Positions 1 through 9,184 of a stretch of 57,323 nt of DNA are shown here, in pieces (positions within the stretch are counted from its first letter, which is position 1; each line of letters opens with the position of its first letter). Location of the stretch: assembly GCA_964641945.1 (NCBI GenBank), contig CAZXLQ010000002.1:1-57323 (forward strand). Direction: 5' to 3'. Made by a program: the position numbers and the translations under genes. A model generated the notes under the pieces. It worked only from the letters and a program-made list of their open reading frames with translations. It was not told the origin of the DNA and did no database searches. The DNA comes from an uncultured Clostridia bacterium. GTDB lineage: Bacteria > Acidobacteriota > Blastocatellia > UBA7656 > JADIYM01.

Positions 1-224
1 CACCGCGGCTGGAGTCCGCTCGTCGGTGCACATCGCGAACTGGCGGCCGGACGCTCCCGGCGCTGACTCGACTTGGCACCTATGACCGCGCCGAGAGGTG
101 TGTGGTTTGGACATGCTCTAGCAACGGAGACGGCGCCGATTCCGGCGTCGCGAGGATCCTAACTCCCCCGCCACCTGGTCTACCGCAGACTTCCGCAAAA
201 ACCGCATTTCGCACCGCGAAGTAG

Positions 225-2018
225 CTAGAATCCGGGGCCCTTCCAGTCACCAGAGAGCGGCGCACTCGCAGCGGCTCCATATGAGAACGAGAGGTCTGCC
301 GGACCCGAAGAATTCGCGTTTCGAACGAAGAAAGTTGAAGAGCCTGCTGCGTAGATGCCGATCGTATCGCCGCCGACGCCATCCCAGTTTCCAGCGAGCG
401 GTACGAAACCTGCACCGCCCGGACCGAACTGGAACGCGACGTCCGCCGCTCCGGACGCATTCGAGTTCTTCAGGAAGAACACTCCCGTCGAAACGACATA
501 GACGCCGACCGTATCCGTGCGGGTCGCGTCCCAGTCGCCGACGACCGGCAGCGCGACGCCTCCACCGGGACCGAACGAGAAGACCGCATTCGCCGGACCG
601 GGGCTGTTCGAATTTCGAAGGAAGAACGTCCCCGTGGATGCGAGATAGAGCCCGACGGTCTGGATTCCGTCGCCGTCCCAGTCTCCGACGACGGGTGCAT
701 ATCCCCCGCCGGCAGCCCCGAACTGGAACGCCGCATCGGCTCCGCCTCCGGAATTCGAGTTCCTGAGAAAGAACGTCGACGTCGCCGGATTGTAGGCGCC
801 AATCGTTGTCGTGCCGTCACCGTTCCAGTCGCCCGACAATCCCACGAAGCCGCTACCTCCGGGGCCAAACGAGAGAATGGTGTCGGCGACACCTGAGGCG
901 GGCGAATCCCGCAGAAAGAAGGCGCCCGAGGACGACACGTACGTCGCAACGCCGTCGAACCCCTTGTTCGGCGCCGACGGAAAGGCGAACGACCAGAGGC
1001 CCGACCCGATGTCGCTCAAATACACGTTCGTCGAGCCAGCACCGGACCGATCGGCAAAGATTCCCCATGCGCCGACAAAACAGCCGGTCCCGCCGCCGAA
1101 GGTGGGATAGTCGGCAACCTCGAACGGAGTCACCGGATTCGTCACGTCGATGATGCGGAGCCCGTGGCGGTAGTAGGACATGTAGATTCGGTCGTCGACC
1201 CACATGCCGTTGTGGACGCACGTGTTGCCCTGATCGAAGACGCCGTACTGCGACACGAACGTAATGGTCGGGAGGTTCGAAACGTCCCAGATCTTCAGAA
1301 TGCCGGTGCCGCACGTCTCGTCGGTCGTACAGACGTAGTGACCGTCACCGCTCGGCCAGATGTTGTGGGTGTATGAGCCCGGGATTGTCTGAACGCCAAG
1401 TGAGACCGGCGCCGCGGGATTCGAGACATCGAGAATCTGGAAGCCGCCGTCGCCGTTCGCGAGATACGCCCGCATGCCCCGCACCGTCAGGTCGTGGCAG
1501 CCACCCGGATTGTCGAACGTCGTGATCGCCTGTGGGGAAGCCGGATTCGTCACGTTCACAATGTGCAGATTCGAAGCGCTCGCATCGTCGACGTAGTAGA
1601 GCGTCGGGCCATTGATGAACAGGTCGTGCACGCCGGATGCACTGGTGTTGAACCGCGTGACGAAAACCGGAGTCGCGGGAACCGTGATGTCGACAATGTC
1701 AATGCCGGCGGAATCGAGCGCAACATAGAGGAAGTTGCCCTGAGCCTGCAGGTCCTTCACCCACGAGGAATTCGACGTCGAATAGGTGCCGACGAGCGCG
1801 GCATTCGAAGCATTGGCGATGAAGACCTTGCCGGGAGTCGACAGCGTTCCGATGAAGGCCAGTCCATTGTGGTAATAGACTTCTGAGTACTGGCTCGCAC
1901 CGGCGTAGGTCTGGTGTCCCGAAACCGTCACTCCGGTACCCTGGGCGAGCGCCGAACCGGATACATGCACCAAGAGCATCAATGCACAAACGGACTGGAG
2001 GAGTGTCTTCAATGTCAT
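225..2018 (-). CDS. Secreted LVIVD-repeat beta-propeller protein with C-terminal FG-GAP/VCBS-like tandem repeats
   Basis: 597-aa ORF with an AAGGAG RBS upstream and signal peptide MTLKTLLQSVCALMLLVHVSGSALAQG. Repeated xIDV(T/S)NP motifs are present (GIDIVDITVP, LHIVNVTNP, FQILDVSNP, LKIWDVSNLP, LRIIDVTNP). The C-terminus has about five ~47-aa repeats of the form GDW(D/N)GDG...G(V/L/I)Y...TFFLRNSNS. Confidence 0.8.
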   Translation of the reverse strand: MTLKTLLQSVCALMLLVHVSGSALAQGTGVTVSGHQTYAGASQYSEVYYHNGLAFIGTLSTPGKVFIANASNAALVGTYSTSNSSWVKDLQAQGNFLYVALDSAGIDIVDITVPATPVFVTRFNTSASGVHDLFINGPTLYYVDDASASNLHIVNVTNPASPQAITTFDNPGGCHDLTVRGMRAYLANGDGGFQILDVSNPAAPVSLGVQTIPGSYTHNIWPSGDGHYVCTTDETCGTGILKIWDVSNLPTITFVSQYGVFDQGNTCVHNGMWVDDRIYMSYYRHGLRIIDVTNPVTPFEVADYPTFGGGTGCFVGAWGIFADRSGAGSTNVYLSDIGSGLWSFAFPSAPNKGFDGVATYVSSSGAFFLRDSPASGVADTILSFGPGGSGFVGLSGDWNGDGTTTIGAYNPATSTFFLRNSNSGGGADAAFQFGAAGGGYAPVVGDWDGDGIQTVGLYLASTGTFFLRNSNSPGPANAVFSFGPGGGVALPVVGDWDATRTDTVGVYVVSTGVFFLKNSNASGAADVAFQFGPGGAGFVPLAGNWDGVGGDTIGIYAAGSSTFFVRNANSSGPADLSFSYGAAASAPLSGDWKGPGF

Positions 2019-2102
2019 GATCCGTCTCCTTCACTGCAACCGCACGTATTTCGTTCTTGCCACCCGATCAGGAGCGTCCTGCGCATCGAGGTGATACGCC
2101 CT

Positions 2103-2927
2103 TTATCGCGATTTGCGGCGATTGGGGCTGGCGGCCTCGAATGTCAGCGTCGTGAAGTCACTCTCCCAGTTCCCCGTTCCCGGTGCCATTCGAAGATCCG
2201 TACCTCTCAGCATCCAGCGACCGGCTGAACCTATCCGAAACGCGACACGGCCGTCGACATCGGTGCGACGCAGATCGACGGATTTGCCGTTCGGTCCGAC
2301 AAGCCCGACCGCAAATCCTGCCGCGGCGACGCCGTTGCGCAGGACTCGGACCACGAGATCGTCGCCACGCTTCACGGTCGTCGGATCGACCTCCGGAACG
2401 AGCTCGAGCCGCAAGCCGACCGGTTCGGCCCACGAGCGGTCGCCGTCGAAACGCCCGACGCGCACGAACGTCTTCGCGTGCTTCGCATATGTCTCGTGCC
2501 ACACCCGCGGCTCCGGAGACGATGCCCAGGCCTTGCGGACTTCATCCGACGCTCCGATCTCGTCGAGATACCCCTCCACCTGTGACGGCGTCAGGTCGAG
2601 CGACTTCGGCGCAAGAGAGGCCCAGATGGTGGCGACTCCCTCGACTGAGGGTCGGGTTCGCAGCGACAGCGAGCGCCGCGCCGCCGTCCGGGCATCGATC
2701 GACGACACCTTGCCACCGAGACGCATTGACGCGACCGAAACGCGATCCGGCTTGATGGCGACTTCGAGCGCCGGGTAGTTCATTCCGCTCGTCAGCTCGA
2801 TCACAACGGGACTGCCGGCCGCGGCTCTGAACGAACGTGGGCCCATCCACGTGTCGTGAGCCGGTGTCGAACCGGCGGCAATGACAAGCCCGGCAAGTAC
2901 TGCCAGTCCACGGGTTGCGATCTTCAT
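2103..2927 (-). CDS. DUF4198-like periplasmic protein (NikM/CbiK-type metal-binding family)
   Basis: Start moved to the internal ATG (MKIATRGLAVLAGLVIAAGSTPAHDTWM), which is preceded by AGGAGG. It has a signal peptide followed by an HDTW motif, and the start lies 2 nt after the stop of the upstream kinase gene. The family assignment is from memory of the N-terminal motif only. Confidence 0.6.
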   Translation of the reverse strand: MKIATRGLAVLAGLVIAAGSTPAHDTWMGPRSFRAAAGSPVVIELTSGMNYPALEVAIKPDRVSVASMRLGGKVSSIDARTAARRSLSLRTRPSVEGVATIWASLAPKSLDLTPSQVEGYLDEIGASDEVRKAWASSPEPRVWHETYAKHAKTFVRVGRFDGDRSWAEPVGLRLELVPEVDPTTVKRGDDLVVRVLRNGVAAAGFAVGLVGPNGKSVDLRRTDVDGRVAFRIGSAGRWMLRGTDLRMAPGTGNWESDFTTLTFEAASPNRRKSR

Positions 2928-2928
2928 C

Positions 2929-4041
2929 CTAGCCTCCTTTTCCCGCTGAGCCGTCTGCGGCGCCTTCGCCGGCCGGAAGTGTAAGTCGGAATACGGCGCC
3001 CGCATCGCCATTGCGGACGGTGATCGAGCCGCCGTGCTCGGCGACGATGCGGTAGGCGATCGAGAGCCCGAGACCGAGGCCCCGCTCCTTGGTGGTCACG
3101 AACGGATCGAAGACGCGATCGAGCAGGGCTGGGTCGATTCCCGCGCCCTGGTCAGCAACTTCGATCGAAACGATTCGTTCGTCATCACTCAGCTCAGTCC
3201 GGACCCGAATCCGTCCGCCGTCGGGCATGGCGTCGAGCGCGTTGAGAAACAGATTGATGAGCACCTGCGTGAGCTGCTCCGAGTCGACCATCGCGAGTGG
3301 GGACTGGGACGACGACGCGATTTCGAACAACACGCCCCGACTCGCAGCCCGGTGCTCGACCAGTGTAGCCGTCGTCCGAACGAGACGATCGACATCGGTC
3401 GGAGCGACCACGGGCTTCGGCGGGCGAGCGAACGTAAGGAAGTGCTCCACGATCCCGTTCAACCGTCCGATCTCGCGAAGGGCGATACCCGCGAATTCGC
3501 GCCGGGGACTGTCGGTTGCGATCTCGTCCTGGAGAATTTCGACCGCTCCCTGAATCGATGCGAGCGGATTGCGGATCTCGTGGACCACAGACGCCGAGAG
3601 CTCTCCAAGCGAAGTCATGCGATCGGCCTGTACCAGCTGATCGAACGTTCGGCGCAGTTCCGCGTAAGCGCGGCGGAGTTCCTCGGCGGATCCTTCCGCA
3701 CGCAACCGTGCGTGACGCGAACGGTCGCCGAGCACGCCGACGGCGACTCCGACGACGTTGAACAGCACGATCTCGAGATACTGGTTGATCGCATAGGCCG
3801 GCGCTTCGTGGTGCCAGTGCAGCGCAATGTGCGGAAGGTAGGCTGCGCTCGCGAAGAGCGCAGCCGCGAGCCCGCCGCGCAACCCGAAGGCAAGCGCGGC
3901 GACGATGATCGGGACGTAATATGCGCGCTGCAGGATCTCGTGGACGACGATCTGATCGAGCGGCGCCAGCAGGTGAAGGGCCGTCACGGTGATGATGGCC
4001 GCCGCGATCGCAGCACCGCGCAGAACGTCCGATCTCTTCAC
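2929..4041 (-). CDS. Sensor histidine kinase (HisKA + HATPase_c) with a membrane-embedded N-terminus and no obvious periplasmic domain
   Basis: H-box is SVVHEIRNPLASI; N, G1 and G2 boxes are present (LINLFLNALDAM, DQGAGI, GLGLGLSIA). About four N-terminal TM helices carry a HIALHWHHE cluster. GTG start overlaps the upstream stop (GTGA). Confidence 0.85.
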   Translation of the reverse strand: MKRSDVLRGAAIAAAIITVTALHLLAPLDQIVVHEILQRAYYVPIIVAALAFGLRGGLAAALFASAAYLPHIALHWHHEAPAYAINQYLEIVLFNVVGVAVGVLGDRSRHARLRAEGSAEELRRAYAELRRTFDQLVQADRMTSLGELSASVVHEIRNPLASIQGAVEILQDEIATDSPRREFAGIALREIGRLNGIVEHFLTFARPPKPVVAPTDVDRLVRTTATLVEHRAASRGVLFEIASSSQSPLAMVDSEQLTQVLINLFLNALDAMPDGGRIRVRTELSDDERIVSIEVADQGAGIDPALLDRVFDPFVTTKERGLGLGLSIAYRIVAEHGGSITVRNGDAGAVFRLTLPAGEGAADGSAGKGG

Positions 4042-5441
4042 GACTCGGACTCCTCGTCACCGCTGGCTGGATCGACCGTCAACCCGTGTTTCTGCATCCG
4101 GTAGATGAGCGCGCTGCGCGTGATGCGCAGAAAGCGCGCGGCGCGGGTCTGATTGCCGTCGTGCCGCTCGAGGGCGAGTCGAAGCAATTCGCGCTCGACG
4201 TCGTCGAGCGACACGCCGTCCTCCGGCAATTCGAGGACGACACCGGCGACGTGGCGCGCACGATTGCCGATTGCCTCCGGCAGATCGTCGAGCGAGAGGA
4301 CCTCGGTCCGCGCCAGAACCACCATCCGCTCGATGACGTTCGAAAGCTCGCGGACGTTGCCGGGCCAGTCGTGCGAAGCCAGGGCCTCGATGACGCTGCG
4401 ATCGAGCCTGATACCGGACCGTCGGTGCCTCTCGAGGGATCGCGCAAGAAGGTGGGCGGCGAGCAGCGGGATGTCTTCGCGACGGTTCCGCAGCGGCGGC
4501 AGCTCGATCGGCACGACCGCAAGCCGAAAGAAGAGGTCTTCGCGGAACTCGTGCCTTCCGACCAACGCACCGAGGTCGCGATTCGAGGCAGCAATCACCC
4601 GGACATCGATGGCTCGTGGAGCGGACTCGCCGAGACGCACGACCTCGCGTTGCTCGAGGACGCGAAGCAGTTTCGGCTGAAGCGCGAGTGGCATCGAGCC
4701 GATCTCGTCGAGAAACAGGGTCCCGCCGGACGCGGCCTCAAATGTCCCGGTCGCATCCGTGGTCGCACCGGTGAAAGATCCCTTCCGGTGGCCGAAGAGC
4801 TCCGACTCGATGAGCGATTCGGGAATGGCGGCGCAATTGATCGCAACGAACGGCCCGGTCGCGCGCGGACTCGCGAGATGGATTCCCCGCGCAATCATTT
4901 CCTTGCCGGTGCCGGACTCGCCGGTCAGCAGAACGGACACGTCTGTTTCGGCGACCCGTTCGGCCATGTCGAGCACACGGCGCATCGCCTCGGACTCTCC
5001 GACGACGTTCTCGATGCGGTAGCGTTCGTGGAAGGCCCGCTTGAGCTGCCGGTTCTCGGAGATCGCCGCGCCAAACCGCAGCGCCTTCGCCACCGTCGCG
5101 AGCATCTGATCGCGGTTGTACGGCTTCGTCAGGTAGTCGAAGGCGCCGGCGCGAAGCGCCTCGACCGCCGTTTCCATGTCGCCGAATGCCGTCAGCACGA
5201 TGACCGGCGTCTCGGGCTGTACGGCGCCGATTCGACGGAGCAGGTCGATGCCCGAGATCCCGGGCATGCGGACGTCGGTGAGAACGCAGTCCACGTCGCT
5301 CGCCGCGACGTGCTGCGCCGCACTCTCGCCATCCTGAAGAGACGTCACCGCATGGCCGGCCTCAGTGAGCTGAAACTCGAGGATCCGCCGTATGCTCTCG
5401 TCGTCTTCGACGACGAGCACACGAGCCTTCCGCTTCGTCAT
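4038..5441 (-). CDS. Sigma54-dependent response regulator (NtrC/ZraR family: REC-AAA+-Fis HTH)
   Basis: Start at MTKRKARVLVVEDD, an ATGA overlap with the upstream gene. Walker A is GESGTGKE, the sigma54-contact loop is GSFTGA (GAFTGA variant), and the C-terminal HTH is AARFLRITRSALIYRMQKHGL. The longer 616-aa ORF in the track is an Arg-rich artefactual extension. Confidence 0.9.
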   Translation of the reverse strand: MTKRKARVLVVEDDESIRRILEFQLTEAGHAVTSLQDGESAAQHVAASDVDCVLTDVRMPGISGIDLLRRIGAVQPETPVIVLTAFGDMETAVEALRAGAFDYLTKPYNRDQMLATVAKALRFGAAISENRQLKRAFHERYRIENVVGESEAMRRVLDMAERVAETDVSVLLTGESGTGKEMIARGIHLASPRATGPFVAINCAAIPESLIESELFGHRKGSFTGATTDATGTFEAASGGTLFLDEIGSMPLALQPKLLRVLEQREVVRLGESAPRAIDVRVIAASNRDLGALVGRHEFREDLFFRLAVVPIELPPLRNRREDIPLLAAHLLARSLERHRRSGIRLDRSVIEALASHDWPGNVRELSNVIERMVVLARTEVLSLDDLPEAIGNRARHVAGVVLELPEDGVSLDDVERELLRLALERHDGNQTRAARFLRITRSALIYRMQKHGLTVDPASGDEESES

Positions 5442-5941
5442 CACTCGCCCGCCCACACCCGAGTCGCCTCGAGCGCCTTCACGGCGTCGTCTGTTCGGCC
5501 GGAGCGCACGAGCTCGGAGAACTCCAGATAACCGCGAGAAAGATCGTCGACGCGTTTCGCGTCCGCGGAAATGGCGTGCACGATCTCCATGGCCCGTTCG
5601 TCGTTTCGCACCGATGGCATCGCCGAGATGAGCCGCCCGTTGCTGACCAGCCGGACCGCCGGGCTGTCGACCCGTCGATGGAAGGCCACGATCGCATCCT
5701 CGAGCGCCTCGAGCTCGCGCTCGCGCCAGTTCGACCGCCACAGCGCCCAACCGAAGGCCACGGCCACGGCGACGAACATCGAACGGAACACGACCTGAGT
5801 CGCTCCCGGGTTGAAGACCTCGGCGATGAAGGAACTGGCTCCGAACGGTTCGCCGATGTGGCGATGCATGACGGCGTCGACGAGCCACATGAGCAACCCG
5901 AGCGCGCCTCCGAACACGATTTCCTTGTAGCGCCTGAGCAC
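5441..5941 (-). CDS. Small membrane protein of unknown function, translationally coupled to the sigma54 activator
   Basis: 166 aa with two predicted TM helices followed by a helical cytoplasmic tail. High GC3. It starts 15 nt downstream of the RND pump stop and has an ATGA overlap with the next gene. Confidence 0.6.
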   Translation of the reverse strand: MLRRYKEIVFGGALGLLMWLVDAVMHRHIGEPFGASSFIAEVFNPGATQVVFRSMFVAVAVAFGWALWRSNWRERELEALEDAIVAFHRRVDSPAVRLVSNGRLISAMPSVRNDERAMEIVHAISADAKRVDDLSRGYLEFSELVRSGRTDDAVKALEATRVWAGE

Positions 5942-5956
5942 GGCGTCCTCCTTCCC

Positions 5957-8900
5957 CTACGTCCCGGGATTCGGCAGCGGATCGAGCGGCGCTCCGGGGG
6001 ACCCCGCATGCGGCTTCCCTGTTTCCGGCGCCGTCGGTCGGACTTCGCCGTCGCGCTCGCGAATGACGCGTTCGGCAATCTTTCGCCCATAGAGCGAGAA
6101 GATTGCTGGCGTGACGAGCTGATCGAGCAGTGTCGAAGTCAGAATACCGCCGAGCAGAACGACGGCCATCGGATGCAGGATTTCCTTGCCGGGCTGGTCG
6201 GCAGCCAAAATCAGCGGAAGCAGTGAGAGTCCCGCAATGAGCGCCGTCATCATGACGGGCACAAGCCGTTCGAGCGATCCCCGGATGATCATCGACTCCG
6301 AGAATTCCTCGCCCTCTTCGCGCAGCAAGTGCATGTAGTGAGAGACCATCATGATGCCGTTCCGACTCGTGATGCCGATGAGCGAGACAAAGCCGACGAG
6401 CGTTGCAACCGAGAAGACGCCTCCGGTGAGAAACAGCGCCGCGATCGCTCCGATCAGCGCCAGCGGCACGTTCACGAGCACCTGGAGCGCCGAGCGCCAG
6501 TCGCCCAGGGCCTTGAAGAGTAGCAGGAAGATGGCGATGAGCGAGAAGAGCGACAGCACGAGCAGCCGCTGGGTCGCCTGCTGCTGCGCTTCGAACTGAC
6601 CGCCGTATTCCACGAAGTAGCCCTCGGGGAGCCTGGCCCCGGCCCCGATGCGCTGCCGCATTTCGGCCACGACGGAGCCGAGGTCGCGCCCGGCAACGTT
6701 CGCCGAGATGACGATGCGTCGGAGTGTGTTCTCGCGCAGCACCTGGTTGGGCCCGGGCAGCGATTCGATTGCGGCGACGGCCGACACGGGGATCTGCGTG
6801 CCCTGGGGTGTGTCGATCGTGACGGCGCGCAGGGCGTCCAGACTGCCGCGCGACGCGTCGTCGAACCGCACGACGACGTCGAACCGGCGCTGTCCCTCGA
6901 GCGCCTGCGAAACCCGACGTCCGTTGAGCGCCATCTGGAGCGTCTCGGCGACCTCGCCCGGTCGCACTCCGTACCGCGCGGCAGCCGTTCGGTCGATCGT
7001 GTACCGGATCTGCGGTATGAGCACCTGCTTCTCGATCTGCACGTCGACGGCGCCCGGGACCGTCGTCATGAGGTTGCGGATCTCCTCCGCCGTCGAGCGA
7101 AGCTGCGCGAGGTCGTCGCCGAAGAGCTTCACGGCGATCTGCGCCCGCACGCCCGACTGAAGATGGTCGATGCGATGCGAAATCGGTTGGCCGACACTCG
7201 TGTTCACGCCGGGAATGAGGGCGAGCTTCTCGCGGATGTCGGCGAGGACCTCGTCGCGCGGGCGGCCGTCGTGGTCGAGGTCGACGTCGATTTCGGTGTA
7301 GTGGACGCCCTCGGCGTGTTCGTCGAGCTCAGCGCGACCGGTACGCCTCCCGGTCGAAATGACATCGGGCACTTCGAGCAGCAGCCGTTCGGCAATCGAT
7401 CCGATCCGATCGCTTTCGGCTAGGCTCGTCCCTGGCTCGGCGAAGACGTTGATCGTGAGCGTTCCCTCGTTGAACTCGGGCAGAAAACTGGTTCCGACGA
7501 ACGGAAGCGCCGCCATCGACACAACGAAGAGCAGTGCGGCCGTCGCCACGACCTTCCACGGATTCCGGAGCGTCCGGCGAAGCAGGCGCTCGTCCCAGCG
7601 CTTCAGGAATCGCACGAGCCAGCTGTCACCGCCGTCGTCCCGGAATTTCATCTTCGGCAGCAGGAACGACGCGAGAACCGGCGTCACCGTGAGGCTCACG
7701 ACAAGCGACGCAAGCAGCGACGCGATGTAGGCAAGGCCGAGCGGAGCGAGGAGCCTGCCTTCGACGCCGGTCAGCGCGAAAAGCGGCAGAAAGACGAGCG
7801 CCACGATGAACGTCGCGTAGACGATGCTCGACCGGACCTCGAGCGAAGCGCGGAAGATCACCTCGATGACGGGGCGCGGCGCGGCAAGCAGACGGTTCTC
7901 CTTGATCCGGCGAAAGATGTTCTCGATATCGACGATCGAGTCGTCGACGAGCTCGCCGATCGCCACGGCCAGGCCGCCGAGCGTCATCGTGTTGATGGAC
8001 GAGCCCGTCGCCCAGAAGACGAGAAAAGCGATGACGAACGAGAGCGGAATCGCGGTGAGCGTGATTGCCGTCGTCCGCAGGTTCATCAGGAAGAGGAACA
8101 GCACGATGACGACGAGAATCGAGCCGTCCCTGAGCGCGTGAAGGATGTTGTCGATCGACGTGTTGATGAAGTGCGCCTGGCGGAAGAGCTGCGGGTTGAT
8201 CTCGATGTCGTCGGGCAGCGTGCGCCGAAGGTCCGAGATGGCGGCATCGATCGTGTCGGTGAGCTCGAGCGTCGAAGCGCCCGGCTGTTTCTGGACCGAC
8301 ATGATCACGGCCGGTTTGCCGTTGGCTCCCGCGTCACCGCGCTTGATTCTCGGACCGAACTCGACCGTGGCGACGTCGGCCAGCAGCACCGGCGTGCCGT
8401 TGCGGTACGCGACAGCCGTCTGCCCGAGCTCTTCCGGCGTGTAGAACCGGCCAAGCGTCCGGACCAGGTACTCCTGCGACTGCTCGTCGACGAAACCGCC
8501 CGTTGCGTTCACGTTCGACTGCTCGAGCGCCGCCGAGACTTCCTCGATCGTGACGCCGAACTGGGCGAGCTTCTGCGGCGAGACGAGCGCCTGGTATTGC
8601 TTCACACCGCCACCGATGTTGATGACCTGCGAGACGCCGGGGATTGTCAGGAGGCGCGGCCGAATCGTCCAGTCGGCCACGGATCGGACCTCGAGCGGAT
8701 CGGTCTCGCCGGACTTCGAGCTGACGGAGATGAGCAGGATCTCGCCCATGATCGACGAGATCGGCCCCATCGTCGGGGCGACGCCCGGCGGGAGCTGTTC
8801 GCGGGCAAGGGTCAGCTTCTCGGAGACGAGCTGCCGGTTCTTGAAGACGTCGGTGCCCCAGTCGAACTCGACATAAACGATTGACAACCCGATGCCGCTC

Positions 8901-9154
8901 TGCGAACGAACGCGCGTGACGCCGGGCGCCCCATTCATCGCCGTCTCGATCGGATAGGTGACGAGGGACTCGACTTCTTCCGGAGCGAGTCCCTCGGCCT
9001 CCGTGAGAATCGTGACGGTCGGCCGGTTCAGATCCGGCAGGACGTCGATCGGCAGCTTCACCGCCACGTAGCTGCCCCAGACGAGCAGCAGTGCAGCGAC
9101 CGCCACGACGAGCAGCCGGTTGTCGAGCGACCATCGAATGAGCGCGTTGAGCAT
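5957..9154 (-). CDS. CusA/CzcA-family heavy-metal efflux RND transporter (pump 1)
   Basis: 1065 aa. The N-terminus MLNALIRWSLDNRLLVVAVAALLLVWG...LPIDVLPDLNRPTVTILTEAEGLAPEEVESLVTYPIE is typical of the HME-RND family, with a 12-TM architecture. Confidence 0.9.
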   Translation of the reverse strand: MLNALIRWSLDNRLLVVAVAALLLVWGSYVAVKLPIDVLPDLNRPTVTILTEAEGLAPEEVESLVTYPIETAMNGAPGVTRVRSQSGIGLSIVYVEFDWGTDVFKNRQLVSEKLTLAREQLPPGVAPTMGPISSIMGEILLISVSSKSGETDPLEVRSVADWTIRPRLLTIPGVSQVINIGGGVKQYQALVSPQKLAQFGVTIEEVSAALEQSNVNATGGFVDEQSQEYLVRTLGRFYTPEELGQTAVAYRNGTPVLLADVATVEFGPRIKRGDAGANGKPAVIMSVQKQPGASTLELTDTIDAAISDLRRTLPDDIEINPQLFRQAHFINTSIDNILHALRDGSILVVIVLFLFLMNLRTTAITLTAIPLSFVIAFLVFWATGSSINTMTLGGLAVAIGELVDDSIVDIENIFRRIKENRLLAAPRPVIEVIFRASLEVRSSIVYATFIVALVFLPLFALTGVEGRLLAPLGLAYIASLLASLVVSLTVTPVLASFLLPKMKFRDDGGDSWLVRFLKRWDERLLRRTLRNPWKVVATAALLFVVSMAALPFVGTSFLPEFNEGTLTINVFAEPGTSLAESDRIGSIAERLLLEVPDVISTGRRTGRAELDEHAEGVHYTEIDVDLDHDGRPRDEVLADIREKLALIPGVNTSVGQPISHRIDHLQSGVRAQIAVKLFGDDLAQLRSTAEEIRNLMTTVPGAVDVQIEKQVLIPQIRYTIDRTAAARYGVRPGEVAETLQMALNGRRVSQALEGQRRFDVVVRFDDASRGSLDALRAVTIDTPQGTQIPVSAVAAIESLPGPNQVLRENTLRRIVISANVAGRDLGSVVAEMRQRIGAGARLPEGYFVEYGGQFEAQQQATQRLLVLSLFSLIAIFLLLFKALGDWRSALQVLVNVPLALIGAIAALFLTGGVFSVATLVGFVSLIGITSRNGIMMVSHYMHLLREEGEEFSESMIIRGSLERLVPVMMTALIAGLSLLPLILAADQPGKEILHPMAVVLLGGILTSTLLDQLVTPAIFSLYGRKIAERVIRERDGEVRPTAPETGKPHAGSPGAPLDPLPNPGT

Positions 9155-9184
9155 CTTTCTCCCCGAGCAGCGGCGCGTTCGGCG

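Noticed and set aside
1-224. A possible 3' end of a plus-strand gene (stop at 64-66) and a tRNA-like 3' end around 150-190.
   Set aside because: The coding fragment is too short to identify. No cloverleaf with a T-loop consensus could be folded by eye.
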